Of a stretch of 27,501 bases of DNA, positions 1 through 9,564 are shown piece after piece. How positions within the stretch are numbered: the stretch's first letter is position 1; each line of letters begins with the position of its first letter. The notes beneath the pieces were generated by a model. It made no database searches and was not told the origin of the DNA. It was given only the letters and a program-made list of their open reading frames with translations. This DNA is from a virus. The translations under genes were made by a program, and so were the position numbers. The DNA is taken from positions 1 through 27,501 of IMG/VR virus record IMGVR_UViG_3300031867_000457; one strand, written 5' to 3'.

Positions 1-502
1 TAAACATACCCTGTAAAGAGAATCCATTTAATTTATCTCCGTTTATTATTTCATTCCAAAGGTTTTCATTTTCCACTTTGTAAGAACAAACCCAACTACC
101 TTCTGGAATGTCTGAAAATTCAATAGGGTTTATTCCTCTTTCTTTGTCTGTAATATAGGATTCAACCATGTAAATTCCATCAACAAATTTTGTATCATCG
201 TGTTGTAAATTTACTGATGCAAACAAACCATCTTTAGCAAATTTTTCAACCATCTTTCTAATGGTTTCTTTTGTAAATACTACATAATATTCACCAAGTT
301 TTTCATTATATCTGTAAATCGGTGTATCTGCTAAGCAAACAACACCTGTAATAATGTGTTTGGAATTATCAAATTTTAATTTTATCGGTTTATCTTCCTT
401 ACTAAAACAAAGAAAGTCTTTTTCAACAGCAGGGGATTGAACTAAAGAAATTGCATCAATCCCCATTACTGCATCATCTATTGTAATATAAAATACTTTC
501 AT
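1..502 (-). CDS. XkdF-like putative prohead protease / scaffold-associated protein, 5' part only (ORF runs off the left edge of the window)
   Basis: Not in the supplied track. ATG at 500-502 (rc) in ACTATG context; frame open to base 1 (167 codons). Translation: MKVFYITIDDAVMGIDAISLVQSPAVEKDF...PEGSWVCSYKVENENLWNEIINGDKLNGFSLQGMF. The C-terminal W...lW..I..G.l.GfS..G pattern recalls the PBSX XkdF family, recognised from memory. Confidence 0.4.
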   Translation of the reverse strand, partial: MKVFYITIDDAVMGIDAISLVQSPAVEKDFLCFSKEDKPIKLKFDNSKHIITGVVCLADTPIYRYNEKLGEYYVVFTKETIRKMVEKFAKDGLFASVNLQHDDTKFVDGIYMVESYITDKERGINPIEFSDIPEGSWVCSYKVENENLWNEIINGDKLNGFSLQGMF

Positions 503-556
503 AGTTAATTTAGTTTAAGTCCCTTCATAATATATATATCGTTTATGCAGAAAAGG

Positions 557-2299
557 TTAAAATCTTGCTTCATTTTCTGTCACACTCACTTTATTTTGGG
601 TATTGGTAATATCTGTTTCGGTTACATATACCTTAGTATCTTTAATAGCACCTTCGATAGAAGCACCTTGAACATCTTGGGTATATTGGACAGGGGCGTT
701 TATTGATGCTAAAGCACCTGTTGAAGATTTTGCGCCTGAAGCCACACTTTTAGCATTGTTTTTATTTGTTTGTGCTATCTTTGCTATATTAATTGCACCT
801 GCTGTTGCAATTGCTGCTGCTTGTGCTGCGGCTATTGCAATATCCCAAACGCCCGAGTGAGTTGTAAAAGTTCCTGATATTGCTTCTACTATACCCGCAA
901 TCATACTAACAGTTGCACCCATTATTTGAAATGCTTTCTGTTCTTCAGAACCTTCTTCCATTAAATCACCTAAGTTAGAAAATATATCACCTATTGATTT
1001 TGCAGCAGTTGAATATCTTAAAATCTCATTTTGGGTTTGTTCTTTTTCAAGTGCATCCTTTAACTTTAGATATTCTTCTTCTTTAATTAACTTTGTTTTC
1101 AATGCTAAATCCAAAGCATCTATTTCTTGCTGATATTGTTCTTCAGGTGTCATGAAAGAACTACGTAACGATTCAATAGTTCCGAGTATTTTTTCTTTTA
1201 AGGCATCCGCACTACTTGTATCTGCTTCTTCCTCTTGTTCAAAACTAAAATCTACAGGAATTTTTAAGGCTTTACCTTCAAATTTCTTATCTAATTCTTC
1301 TTGCAGCGATTCAGGACGTATATATTGTACTGAACTTGCTAACAATATTGCTAATTCTTTCTGTGTCTCGATGTATTTCTTTTCTTCATCAGTTAACACT
1401 TTATATGAATCTGCACTATCAAGTATTGCTTGCTGTTGTTTTTCTGATAATCTGATGTTTTCTAACAATGCCTGTCCTTCTGCATTAAGGGCTTCCCATC
1501 TTTCCCTACTTTGATTCTCAGGCAATTTTTGTTTTTCACCAACGATTGCTAATTGTTTGTAATATCCTTCAAGTGCTGTTGCTAAATCTTCATATTGTTT
1601 TTTAGCATCTGAATTGAGATTGCTGATTTTTTGTTGTTTCTCCCATTCCTCATAAGAACCTTCAAGTTTCTTAATTTCACCTTGCAGTTCCTCAACTTTC
1701 TTCTTCTGTTCGTCAAGTTTCTTCTTGGTGTCTTCGTTGATGATTCCCCAACGCTTCATAGCATCTGAAACTTTATCCCAATTTGCTGCTAAAGCGCCAA
1801 CTGCAATAACAGCCAACCCAATACCTGTTGATGCAAGCGCGGCTTTCAAACTACTCATACCCGCGGTTGCAGATTTAATAACAATTCCCAAACGCTTAAA
1901 GGCTTTAATACCATTATCAATAGATGGTAATGCCTGTGTAATTGCCATTAGATTTTGCATTCTTTCTAATGACTTTATCACATCTTCATTTTCTATTCCA
2001 AATAAGTTCATTGTAGCCTTAGCCGCCTGTAACCCTGCTACCATACCACCTGTAGCCTTAACAAGATTGCTGGTAATCTGTCCAAAGTCCATAGCAGAAG
2101 CATTCAGTTCTTCTGTTTGTTCCTTAAGTGTGTGTTGTATATCTGCTGCCTGTTGAAGCACTTTGTTGTATTCCTCAGTACCTTGTTCAGCAGACAACAT
2201 TGCATCCTTTAATGCCTTTAACTGTTGTCTCAATTCCTTTACTGATGTTTGTGCAGGATTGGTGTCCAATTTTACTACGCGTATATTTTCTGTTGCCAT
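557..2299 (-). CDS. tape-measure-like protein (580 aa)
   Basis: Track ORF with ATG start. Long E/K/Q-rich coiled-coil-type sequence interrupted by Gly/Ala-rich hydrophobic segments (GIGLAVIAVGALAANW; MGATVSMIAGIVEAISG...AIAAAQAAAIATAGAINIAKIA). It lies in the tail module. Assignment rests on composition and position only. Confidence 0.55.
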   Translation of the reverse strand: MATENIRVVKLDTNPAQTSVKELRQQLKALKDAMLSAEQGTEEYNKVLQQAADIQHTLKEQTEELNASAMDFGQITSNLVKATGGMVAGLQAAKATMNLFGIENEDVIKSLERMQNLMAITQALPSIDNGIKAFKRLGIVIKSATAGMSSLKAALASTGIGLAVIAVGALAANWDKVSDAMKRWGIINEDTKKKLDEQKKKVEELQGEIKKLEGSYEEWEKQQKISNLNSDAKKQYEDLATALEGYYKQLAIVGEKQKLPENQSRERWEALNAEGQALLENIRLSEKQQQAILDSADSYKVLTDEEKKYIETQKELAILLASSVQYIRPESLQEELDKKFEGKALKIPVDFSFEQEEEADTSSADALKEKILGTIESLRSSFMTPEEQYQQEIDALDLALKTKLIKEEEYLKLKDALEKEQTQNEILRYSTAAKSIGDIFSNLGDLMEEGSEEQKAFQIMGATVSMIAGIVEAISGTFTTHSGVWDIAIAAAQAAAIATAGAINIAKIAQTNKNNAKSVASGAKSSTGALASINAPVQYTQDVQGASIEGAIKDTKVYVTETDITNTQNKVSVTENEARF

Positions 2300-2325
2300 A
2301 TTTCTTTATTGTATTTGTTACTTTA

Positions 2326-4911
2326 TTAGTTTGTATAACCTGTTACATCTTGAATTGTTATTAAGTCAACCTTTGTTGGCTGTGTACTTGTAATGTCATA
2401 ATCGTATATCTTGTTTACTATATATAACTGATTATCGATTTTAACAAATTTATTGAACTTAAAGTTTATCCAATCCAACGGTGTTAGTTTGATATAACAT
2501 GTTACCTTTTTGTTTTGTATGTTATAACGTTCGTCCAAATAATTCTTCCAATATAATTCATATATTGAATTTTTACCACTATAGTTGTTATTGTATGTGA
2601 AGTTCGTACTTGGAACATTAAATGTACATATATTGTTATTATACACTACGTCAAGAAATGGATATGTAAAAGAAGTTACATAATCACTTTGTACAAAGGT
2701 GTAGAAATATGTGTTATTTAATCGTTGAAACGTTGAATCATCACTAATCTTTGGAATTACCAAATGAAGGCTGTTTTCTCTGTTGAAATTTTTCAAACCA
2801 TTATGAAAATATAACGTTCCAAATATGTCAACCTCTTTATTATCTTTATCCCTGTTTGCAACATAAATCTCATTTGGAAAACTGTAGAATATTTTGTGCC
2901 TATTTAATGTAAGCCAAGATAATACAGATTCCGTATAAACAATCGGCGATTTGATTTCTTTGAAAAGATTAGTTGTTTCATCATTGAAGTTATAATTGGT
3001 TGTAAGACGATAATCACCAAAATTCACACCGTATTTAGTTTTATAGGATTTACCGATTTCAACCTCAGAATCTTTATAATTAAACAAAACATATTTACTA
3101 TCAAAAGCAATAGGTTTAATTACAAAATCTCTTGAAAAATCAACTTTGTTTGTCCAATCAACAACTTCATAATTTTCAAAATATTTATTGCTTGATTGAA
3201 AATAAATCTTCTTACCTAAATCATCTACAGATATTTTTATATGATATGACTTACAATATTTAAGAATTTCATCAAATAAGTTATATTCATTGTTCCACAA
3301 ATCGTTAAAGGTAAAGTATGAATTGCTTTTAGTTCTATTGTTAATTTGTGCTGCAAGTTGGCTTGTTGTTGAACTAAAGTAAAAGGTGTTTAAATGTGTT
3401 CCATATCCACCATAAGGTTGTCCATTCAAAATAAATGGTAACGTATTATTTTCCCACTTTGCACTACATCTAAATTTTACATATTGTTTTGCATCGTGAT
3501 ACATTCCTGTAAAATTTATTACAGGGTTAATATCAAAATTGTATTGGGCATTCTCATCTGTTGCTTTCTTAAAGCGAAATATACTGTCATAATTTCCTGA
3601 AACTGTATAATTTTCACTACACATAAGAATTTTATATGTTAGTAATATATTATCACTTTCATTCAGCACTTCTACTGTGATATTTAACGCATTCGTATCC
3701 CCCCAATATAAATCTTTCCATTCTGATGCTGCTTCATTCGGATGTATTCGTAATCTGCCATCTAATGCCCAACTAAATTGAACATCATACTTATTTGAAA
3801 TCCTAAACTGTGCAGGTTTTGTTCTAAAACCGTTTATAATAAGTGGAAATGATTCTGTTGTTTCATATACACCCCAATAATCTGTTTGTGTTGATGCACC
3901 ATAACCATCTTTACTCCATCTATATGTATCACTAAAAATATTGTAATAATTTGTTGCTGAATCTGTACTGCTTTCTGTGTTTAACTTTTTAAGCATATAA
4001 ACAAGGTTATACCAATAAGGATTATTGGTGTTAAACCAATCTGAATCCAACACAAAAGAATAACCTGTTAAATCTTCCGCTTTCTTTTGGAACATTTGAA
4101 ACAACTTATTCCAATAAACAAACGGTAATTGGTTATAACTACGAAATTCACCCATTCCCCTTGGTGTTATTCCGTTTGAGATAACCGTATCAGGTTCTAT
4201 ACCTAAATCATCTGTAAAACTATCACCCAATAATTCAACAAGTGTTCTTGATTGGTTTGAAGATGCTTGTACTGTTTTATAATCAAACCCACTTGAAAAT
4301 GCAGTATTAGGTGCAAATCCAATAATATCGTATAACCTGTAATTTATATTTTGAATAGGCATTTCTTGTTCTGGATATTTATATTTTGTTTCCAATTCTG
4401 AATGTGTTTGCCCTTGAGAACTCCATGATGAAGCCACTAAATTTTTATTTATATATTCTTCAACATAATGTCTTCCGTTGATTATATATTTTTGTTCAGG
4501 ATATGTGGTATCAAATGTAATTTTTTGCATTTCTAATAACACCCTACCAAGTTCACCAAACAAAGTGATTTCATAAGTACCTTTACCATCTTTTTGTTTT
4601 ATTTCATTCATCTTGGCGTAACCTGTCATAAGAACGTTATCACCATCTTGCAGGCGAAAATCCATCTTCAATGTCGGGTTGAAATATATACCTGTGTTCT
4701 TATCTGTTCCATCTGTCACAATCAGTCTATCTGTTTTATAGATATTACCAAACAGATTATTGTTTTTCTGTGTAAAAGGAATAGATACCGTTTTACTCCA
4801 ATCATTTATAATGGTAGTAGGATTAGATAAATCTTCAAACTGCTTGGTAATCGCAAATTGTACGGATTTATCCAATTCTACTTCTTGATTTTCTATGAAT
4901 AGTCGTGTCAT
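2326..4911 (-). CDS. large virion tail-tip/baseplate-type structural protein (861 aa), function unassigned
   Basis: Track ORF with ATG start, 2-nt gap to the upstream gene. N/Y/F/T-rich beta-type composition typical of tail hub or host-recognition proteins. Lies between a Dit-position gene and the tape-measure-like gene. Confidence 0.45.
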   Translation of the reverse strand: MTRLFIENQEVELDKSVQFAITKQFEDLSNPTTIINDWSKTVSIPFTQKNNNLFGNIYKTDRLIVTDGTDKNTGIYFNPTLKMDFRLQDGDNVLMTGYAKMNEIKQKDGKGTYEITLFGELGRVLLEMQKITFDTTYPEQKYIINGRHYVEEYINKNLVASSWSSQGQTHSELETKYKYPEQEMPIQNINYRLYDIIGFAPNTAFSSGFDYKTVQASSNQSRTLVELLGDSFTDDLGIEPDTVISNGITPRGMGEFRSYNQLPFVYWNKLFQMFQKKAEDLTGYSFVLDSDWFNTNNPYWYNLVYMLKKLNTESSTDSATNYYNIFSDTYRWSKDGYGASTQTDYWGVYETTESFPLIINGFRTKPAQFRISNKYDVQFSWALDGRLRIHPNEAASEWKDLYWGDTNALNITVEVLNESDNILLTYKILMCSENYTVSGNYDSIFRFKKATDENAQYNFDINPVINFTGMYHDAKQYVKFRCSAKWENNTLPFILNGQPYGGYGTHLNTFYFSSTTSQLAAQINNRTKSNSYFTFNDLWNNEYNLFDEILKYCKSYHIKISVDDLGKKIYFQSSNKYFENYEVVDWTNKVDFSRDFVIKPIAFDSKYVLFNYKDSEVEIGKSYKTKYGVNFGDYRLTTNYNFNDETTNLFKEIKSPIVYTESVLSWLTLNRHKIFYSFPNEIYVANRDKDNKEVDIFGTLYFHNGLKNFNRENSLHLVIPKISDDSTFQRLNNTYFYTFVQSDYVTSFTYPFLDVVYNNNICTFNVPSTNFTYNNNYSGKNSIYELYWKNYLDERYNIQNKKVTCYIKLTPLDWINFKFNKFVKIDNQLYIVNKIYDYDITSTQPTKVDLITIQDVTGYTN

Positions 4912-4913
4912 AA

Positions 4914-6428
4914 TTAGTAAACTATATTTTGTTTATTGTTTAGTTCTAAGTTCAGCGTTAAATTAAATAGTTTCTTTTGGTTGCTGAATGTTTTTTCTGT
5001 ATAATCACTATCCGTAACCAATACTGAATATCTTTTATCTTCTTTTGTATCATATAGGAACAGAACAGGTGAGGTAAAAATACTTTCGTAATACGGATAT
5101 AAATCTTCTTTAATCCAATCTGTATTTATTTTGAACTTGCCTGTGACACCGACATTTGATAATCTTTTTCTGCCTTGATAATCCGTTAAAGTTTCTGTTT
5201 CAAATGATTCTGAATAAGTGTATTTATCATTAAATGGTTGAGATTGAAAACCACCCATTCTATCCTGCCATTGTAGGTAGTATCTTGTAGGGCAATTATC
5301 TATTTGTGCAACATAATCACCTGCAATTTCCAATTGAGTTGGTAAAGCATCAAACGGAATAGGAATTGATTGATTTGTTATACTCCATGTACCATGATGA
5401 ACTTCTTGTGGTGTGAAATTAAACGTGATGTGTTGTCCAACTTCTAAATTGGTAAAAGTAACAGGAACTGAATCATATTTCAAAACAGATGGATTTATAA
5501 ATAGTGATGATGGGCTAAATAATAGTCTTAAATTACCCGATTTATTTATAAAATCCTGTGTTACTGTAAGTCTACCAACACCTGTGGATTTTGTGAAACG
5601 TTCTCCAATAGTCACCGTACCTGATGGAACATAAACTAACATACAATAGCAACTTAACCCTTGTTCATTTTCGTTAATTACAATACCTTCTGAATTGTTA
5701 TCAATTATAAACTTCCCAACAGGTGTAACAGGCGAACCGAATGCACTTGTAACAACTCTTGGTGTGGCATTGTTATATAGATTTTCAAGTGTATATGTAA
5801 TATCAGAAGTTGGTGATACAAATGGAACAGTAAAACTACCACTTAATCCACCTCTAAACTGTGCTGTATAAGATGATAAACCTGTACCTACTTCTGATGC
5901 TAATATCATTCTGTAGTTGTCTGTTGATATATATGGGTATCTTGGCATTAAATGATATTTACCTTTACCGCCGTCACTATATCTACCTTGCAATGGAAAT
6001 GAAGCACTACCTGTTGATTCAGTCCAATCAAAAAATACATTATCCTGCATTGCTGCGATGTAATGCGGATAAGGATAAACTTTAGCAACTTGAATTTGTG
6101 CTGAAAGTGCATCTTCTTCAGGAATTTCTACATAGTAAGCATTTATAAGTTTATTTTCATTAGCAAATCTATCAAGTGTGTTGTATAGTGCATCTTCTGT
6201 TGGTGTCCACATATCGTTTCTAACAATATCAGTAATATCAATTGAAAGGGTATAATCTGTAGTTGATTTATAAGTATTACCGAAAAAGATAATATCATAG
6301 GTTCTGCTATCAGATGTATCAATTTGTGTATAACCTGATTTAAGCCTGTAAACCCTGTATTGAAGCATTCTTGCAACAGGTAATATATTACTAAATTCTG
6401 CTTTTATTCGTTCGTTTAAGTATTTCAT
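4914..6428 (-). CDS. tail/baseplate structural protein (504 aa), distal-tail-protein-like position
   Basis: Track ORF with ATG start; 4-nt ATGA overlap with the upstream gene. Beta-rich composition. No motif I can name with certainty. Confidence 0.35.
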   Translation of the reverse strand: MKYLNERIKAEFSNILPVARMLQYRVYRLKSGYTQIDTSDSRTYDIIFFGNTYKSTTDYTLSIDITDIVRNDMWTPTEDALYNTLDRFANENKLINAYYVEIPEEDALSAQIQVAKVYPYPHYIAAMQDNVFFDWTESTGSASFPLQGRYSDGGKGKYHLMPRYPYISTDNYRMILASEVGTGLSSYTAQFRGGLSGSFTVPFVSPTSDITYTLENLYNNATPRVVTSAFGSPVTPVGKFIIDNNSEGIVINENEQGLSCYCMLVYVPSGTVTIGERFTKSTGVGRLTVTQDFINKSGNLRLLFSPSSLFINPSVLKYDSVPVTFTNLEVGQHITFNFTPQEVHHGTWSITNQSIPIPFDALPTQLEIAGDYVAQIDNCPTRYYLQWQDRMGGFQSQPFNDKYTYSESFETETLTDYQGRKRLSNVGVTGKFKINTDWIKEDLYPYYESIFTSPVLFLYDTKEDKRYSVLVTDSDYTEKTFSNQKKLFNLTLNLELNNKQNIVY

Positions 6429-6871
6429 AATTCTTTGTCAATTTCTTTTTCTAATTGATTAGATATTTCATTTACTAATGCAGAAATCAAATCATCTGCA
6501 CCATCAATTGTTTGTTGTAATAGTTTTGTTGGTTTAGTTCCTTTAACACTTATACTTCTTGCAATCAAATATGCCAATTGTTTAGTTGTAGGAACTCTGC
6601 CATTCATAGCCTGTGGTACAACAGGTTTTATTCTTATCCATTGTTCTATTTTATCGGTTGGCGGAAAGTGTGGTTTAGTTCCATTTTCTAAGTATTTCCA
6701 ATAGTCTTGAAGATTGAATATAAGTTCAAAATATTTACCATCCCATTTTGTAATGTATCTTGCACTATTGGATAATTCACCGCTTGCATAATGTCCGCTA
6801 TCTTTTATTGATTGTTTGTAGCGTTCAAGAAGTTCAGAACAAATATTATTTATATCCTGTGTAATTTCCAT
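6425..6871 (-). CDS. HK97 gp10-like neck/tail-completion protein (148 aa)
   Basis: Track ORF with ATG start. Pattern ASGELSNS...YWKYLENGTKPHFPP...IEQWIRIK...GTKP resembles the sG.L..S ... Y...vE.Gt core of gp10-like head-tail joining proteins (from memory). Confidence 0.4.
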   Translation of the reverse strand: MEITQDINNICSELLERYKQSIKDSGHYASGELSNSARYITKWDGKYFELIFNLQDYWKYLENGTKPHFPPTDKIEQWIRIKPVVPQAMNGRVPTTKQLAYLIARSISVKGTKPTKLLQQTIDGADDLISALVNEISNQLEKEIDKEL

Positions 6872-6872
6872 T

Positions 6873-7169
6873 TTAATTTCTCCTTTGTAAACGTTTTATT
6901 TGTTTCTCCTGTTCCTTAGCCTTTATTACCTCATAAGATACAATATAGAACAATGTAGATATATCAAATTCCATTGCTGAAGTAAAGGTTTCATTGGTTA
7001 CTTCACAGAATTTTAAAATGAATGGGATAATACCAAATCCACTGATTCCTTCACTACCTTTATCATGTTCTTCTTGGTTTCCTTCGGCAGATTCAACTTC
7101 TTTATTCTCTTGATTGAATAAGATTGGAAAATTTGAATGAATTTTTCCAATTGTCTTTTGAAAAAAAAA
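6873..7169 (-). CDS. -1 frame extension of the 7013..7630 gene (predicted frameshift fusion of about 253 aa, lambda G/GT-like)
   Basis: Hand translation: after the T9 run the -1 frame reads QKTIGKIHSNFPILFNQENKEVESAEGNQEEHDKGSEGISGFGIIPFILKFCEVTNETFTSAMEFDISTLFYIVSYEVIKAKEQEKQIKRLQRRN with no stop for 95 codons. It ends at TAA 6873-6875, one nt before the ATG (6869-6871) of the next gene. Confidence 0.55.
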   Translation of the reverse strand, partial: FFFQKTIGKIHSNFPILFNQENKEVESAEGNQEEHDKGSEGISGFGIIPFILKFCEVTNETFTSAMEFDISTLFYIVSYEVIKAKEQEKQIKRLQRRN

Positions 7170-7630
7170 GCAGTAGAATTTACAACAGGAATCGGTAACT
7201 GTTCAATGTCATTTATTACTTCAAGCATATCATAACCATCATTATATTTGTGCCCTTCAGGAATAATAAATACTGATAACATTTTAGCCATATTTCCCGA
7301 TTTGCTGTGATTGGTAAAATCTACATATTGTGCCGTTGATATGTTACCAAGCAAACTATCAATGAAATATTTCTTTCCGTTTAATTCTATCTTCTTAGGC
7401 GGTATGCCATCAGGAATAGGTTCTTTCATGAACTCTAATTTTGCAATTTCTTTCTTGAACTCACTTATAGGTAAATTTGTAACATCATTTCCTAAAATCA
7501 GTTCAGCAATAGCAATAGTTCTTTCAGTTTCATCTTCAATCTTTATCAATTCCTGTAATCTTTCAAACTGATAAAGTGTTACGTTATACCAATTATATTT
7601 CTTTATATTTTTCATAACATTTTCATTCAT
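7013..7630 (-). CDS. putative tail assembly chaperone-like protein, zero-frame product (205 aa)
   Basis: Track ORF. The ATG at 7628-7630 lies inside motif copy c1, and a second in-frame ATG sits 5 codons later (MKNIKKYN). Contains an in-frame GCU UUU UUU UUC run at 7160-7171. Chaperone call rests on the frameshift architecture, not on sequence similarity. Confidence 0.45.
   Translation of the reverse strand: MNENVMKNIKKYNWYNVTLYQFERLQELIKIEDETERTIAIAELILGNDVTNLPISEFKKEIAKLEFMKEPIPDGIPPKKIELNGKKYFIDSLLGNISTAQYVDFTNHSKSGNMAKMLSVFIIPEGHKYNDGYDMLEVINDIEQLPIPVVNSTAFFFKRQLEKFIQIFQSYSIKRIKKLNLPKETKKNMIKVVKESVDLVLSHSF
7123..7169 (-). promoter_or_regulatory. putative -1 programmed ribosomal frameshift signal
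   Basis: Plus strand has A9 at 7161-7169, which is U9 in the mRNA. In-frame heptamers are U UUU UUU (7169-7163) and U UUU UUC (7166-7160). An 8-nt spacer (aaaagaca) follows. Then comes a perfect 9-bp stem AUUGGAAAA (7151-7143) / UUUUCCAAU (7131-7123) with an 11-nt loop. Confidence 0.55.
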
Positions 7631-7661
7631 ATATTCATAAAAATAGAAAAATCAAACACTT
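7622..7661 (-). promoter_or_regulatory. copy c1 of the 40-bp bipartite motif GTGTTTGA-N16-AATATATG
   Basis: Minus strand reads AGTGTTTGA-TTTTTCTATTTTTATG-AATATATGAATGAA. It fills the 32-nt gap between the terL stop (7663) and the next gene, and the ATG of box B is that gene's annotated start. Confidence 0.5.
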
Positions 7662-7662
7662 C

Positions 7663-8898
7663 TTATCTTATTGCATAAGTGCCTTTATTTATACAATCCA
7701 ATGCAAGTAACATAGCAATAATACAGTCATCATGATAGCCATTGGCGGCATTGTATGTGCGTTTGCCATTTGCATTAGTTTTCATTTCGTACATATCCAA
7801 TTGTACCTTTAATGTTGGATTATCCAATATAGTTACCTGTTTGTTTTGCATATAAACCTGAAACTGATTTATAATTCTTTCTTTACTTTCATTGGTTGTA
7901 GTAAATTTAAGCAACATAACAGGTAAACCATTTGCCTTAATCGCTTTATCCAATAAGCCATAGAACACCGCGCCAATGCTGTTTGTTTCTACCTGCACCT
8001 TTAACGGTTTGTAACGCTTGATAAGTTCAATAATATAATCAATTGTTTGTGTTTCATCCTTATCGCTAAAATGATACAAACCTATCATTTGTCTTTCACC
8101 GTTAAAGATTGCAATGGCTGTTTCATCTTGATGGTTTCCTGTACCCCAATCAATCCCGAAGTAACAGTTACCATTGGTATTGAAGTTATTGTTTATAATA
8201 CCTGAATAATTTCCAAATACGCCACCTTCATTATCAAGAAACTCGCCTAAAAATTCTGTTTTGAATTTAGATGGCGGTATCTGTTTACGATATTCTTCTA
8301 ACTTTTCTTTGGGTAATAATGCAGAAGTGTCAAATTCACTCCAATTGTAGGATAAAATTGAATTTCCGTTTTCCAATCCCATTGTGTAGTATTTATAAAA
8401 GAATCCTGTCTTATGGTTTGGTGTGCTACATATAATTACAGGGGCTTGAGAAACATTAACCCATGCAAGAATTTCGTAAAATATGTTATCCGATATATAA
8501 GCCCCTTCATCTATACACAAAATACCTGTAACTGTGTAACCTCTTAAACCGTCACCTTGTTCAGCCGATTTAAATAATATTTCGCTGCCATTACACAACT
8601 TGATATACAACTGCAAATCATTGTGTTTGTAATATATCTTTGTAGGCTGTATAACCGTTTTACAGGCATTGAACACCTTTCTTGCTTGTTCCAATGTAGG
8701 TGAAACAAAGATTGAAGTTGTTTTTGAATTGTTTATGGCTGTTTGTAAAATGATTGATTGAAGTAAAATGGATTTTCCAACCTGCCGCTTTGATTTTATA
8801 ACATGTATATAACCGCGCCAATTCGCCTTAACATTATTTATTACCTGTGTCTGCCAAGGATAGAATTTAAGATTAGATTTTACTTTAACAACATCCAT
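7663..8898 (-). CDS. terL: terminase large subunit (411 aa)
   Basis: Walker A-like KSKRQVGKS, Walker B ILCIDEGAY, CSTP coupling-type motif, then an RNaseH-like nuclease half (GIDWGTG ... VETNS ... GYHDDCIIA). Follows a small HTH/acidic protein. Confidence 0.9.
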   Translation of the reverse strand: MDVVKVKSNLKFYPWQTQVINNVKANWRGYIHVIKSKRQVGKSILLQSIILQTAINNSKTTSIFVSPTLEQARKVFNACKTVIQPTKIYYKHNDLQLYIKLCNGSEILFKSAEQGDGLRGYTVTGILCIDEGAYISDNIFYEILAWVNVSQAPVIICSTPNHKTGFFYKYYTMGLENGNSILSYNWSEFDTSALLPKEKLEEYRKQIPPSKFKTEFLGEFLDNEGGVFGNYSGIINNNFNTNGNCYFGIDWGTGNHQDETAIAIFNGERQMIGLYHFSDKDETQTIDYIIELIKRYKPLKVQVETNSIGAVFYGLLDKAIKANGLPVMLLKFTTTNESKERIINQFQVYMQNKQVTILDNPTLKVQLDMYEMKTNANGKRTYNAANGYHDDCIIAMLLALDCINKGTYAIR

Positions 8899-8900
8899 AA

Positions 8901-9311
8901 TTATTCATCAGTTTCCTCAGTTTCGCTATCTTCATTAGTTTCACCAATATCAAATACCAAATTGATTTCCGAATTACCTTCAATCTTTACTTTCTCGGTA
9001 TAGCCACCTGCAAGTTTGTTCTGTGTGTCGATAGCCTTAATTGCATTACGCCTGTCACCATCATTTATAGAATCTGATATAATACTATCAAGCCTTTCCA
9101 TATTCATAGCAATAAGTGCATCTTTTGTTGCATCAGAACGCATAAAGGCTATAGTATCACAAACATATAATTCTGATGTTTTGGGACTAACACCCCATTC
9201 ATCGGCTAAACGTTGAACAAGGTGACTAAATCTTTCACCCTTTGCAATCGCTTCCATTATCAGGATTCTCTTGGCTTCCTGACTTATCGTTTTTATTTCC
9301 GTCTTTTTCAT
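8901..9311 (-). CDS. terS: putative terminase small subunit (136 aa)
   Basis: Directly upstream of terL with a 2-nt gap. N-terminal HTH-like segment (GERFSHLVQRLADEWGVSPKTSELYV) and an acidic tail (ETNEDSETEETDE). Overlaps the previous ORF by 77 nt, so the true start may be an internal Met at 9257. Confidence 0.5.
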   Translation of the reverse strand: MKKTEIKTISQEAKRILIMEAIAKGERFSHLVQRLADEWGVSPKTSELYVCDTIAFMRSDATKDALIAMNMERLDSIISDSINDGDRRNAIKAIDTQNKLAGGYTEKVKIEGNSEINLVFDIGETNEDSETEETDE

Positions 9312-9564
9312 TTTCTTGTTCCTTCTTTAACTTGTTATCAACAATCTTTTGTTGCATTTCAAAGTATGGTATAGCCAACTTTGATATAAAATCTAATGCA
9401 CATTTGGGACAATGGTTGTTCTTGTACGTAATTCCCAATTCTGCACCTATTGTAATTAAATCTTCTATCTGTGCATTTGTAAGGCTTCTTATATATCCTG
9501 CCTTACTTGCCGTAGTTAGATAGGTTTCGTATTTCTTTAACTTGTTGTAAGTAGTTATCTTCAT
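9235..9564 (-). CDS. hypothetical protein (109 aa)
   Basis: Track ORF with ATG start and 4-nt overlap with the upstream gene. Contains HCPKC and a K/E/N-rich tail. No family recognised. Confidence 0.5.
   Translation of the reverse strand: MKITTYNKLKKYETYLTTASKAGYIRSLTNAQIEDLITIGAELGITYKNNHCPKCALDFISKLAIPYFEMQQKIVDNKLKKEQENEKDGNKNDKSGSQENPDNGSDCKG

Noticed and set aside
1152-2393. Plus-strand ORFs 1152..1514, 1725..2156, 2128..2364 and 2163..2393, antisense to the tape-measure-like gene
   Set aside because: They mirror a long minus-strand gene and translate to Cys/Ser/Phe/Leu-rich low-complexity strings with no recognisable motif. They are typical shadow ORFs. The same applies to the other plus-strand track ORFs inside minus-strand genes, for example 4594..4830, 5413..5634, 7311..7571, 15886..16119, 17208..17555, 18003..18899, 23802..24392 and 26972..27372.
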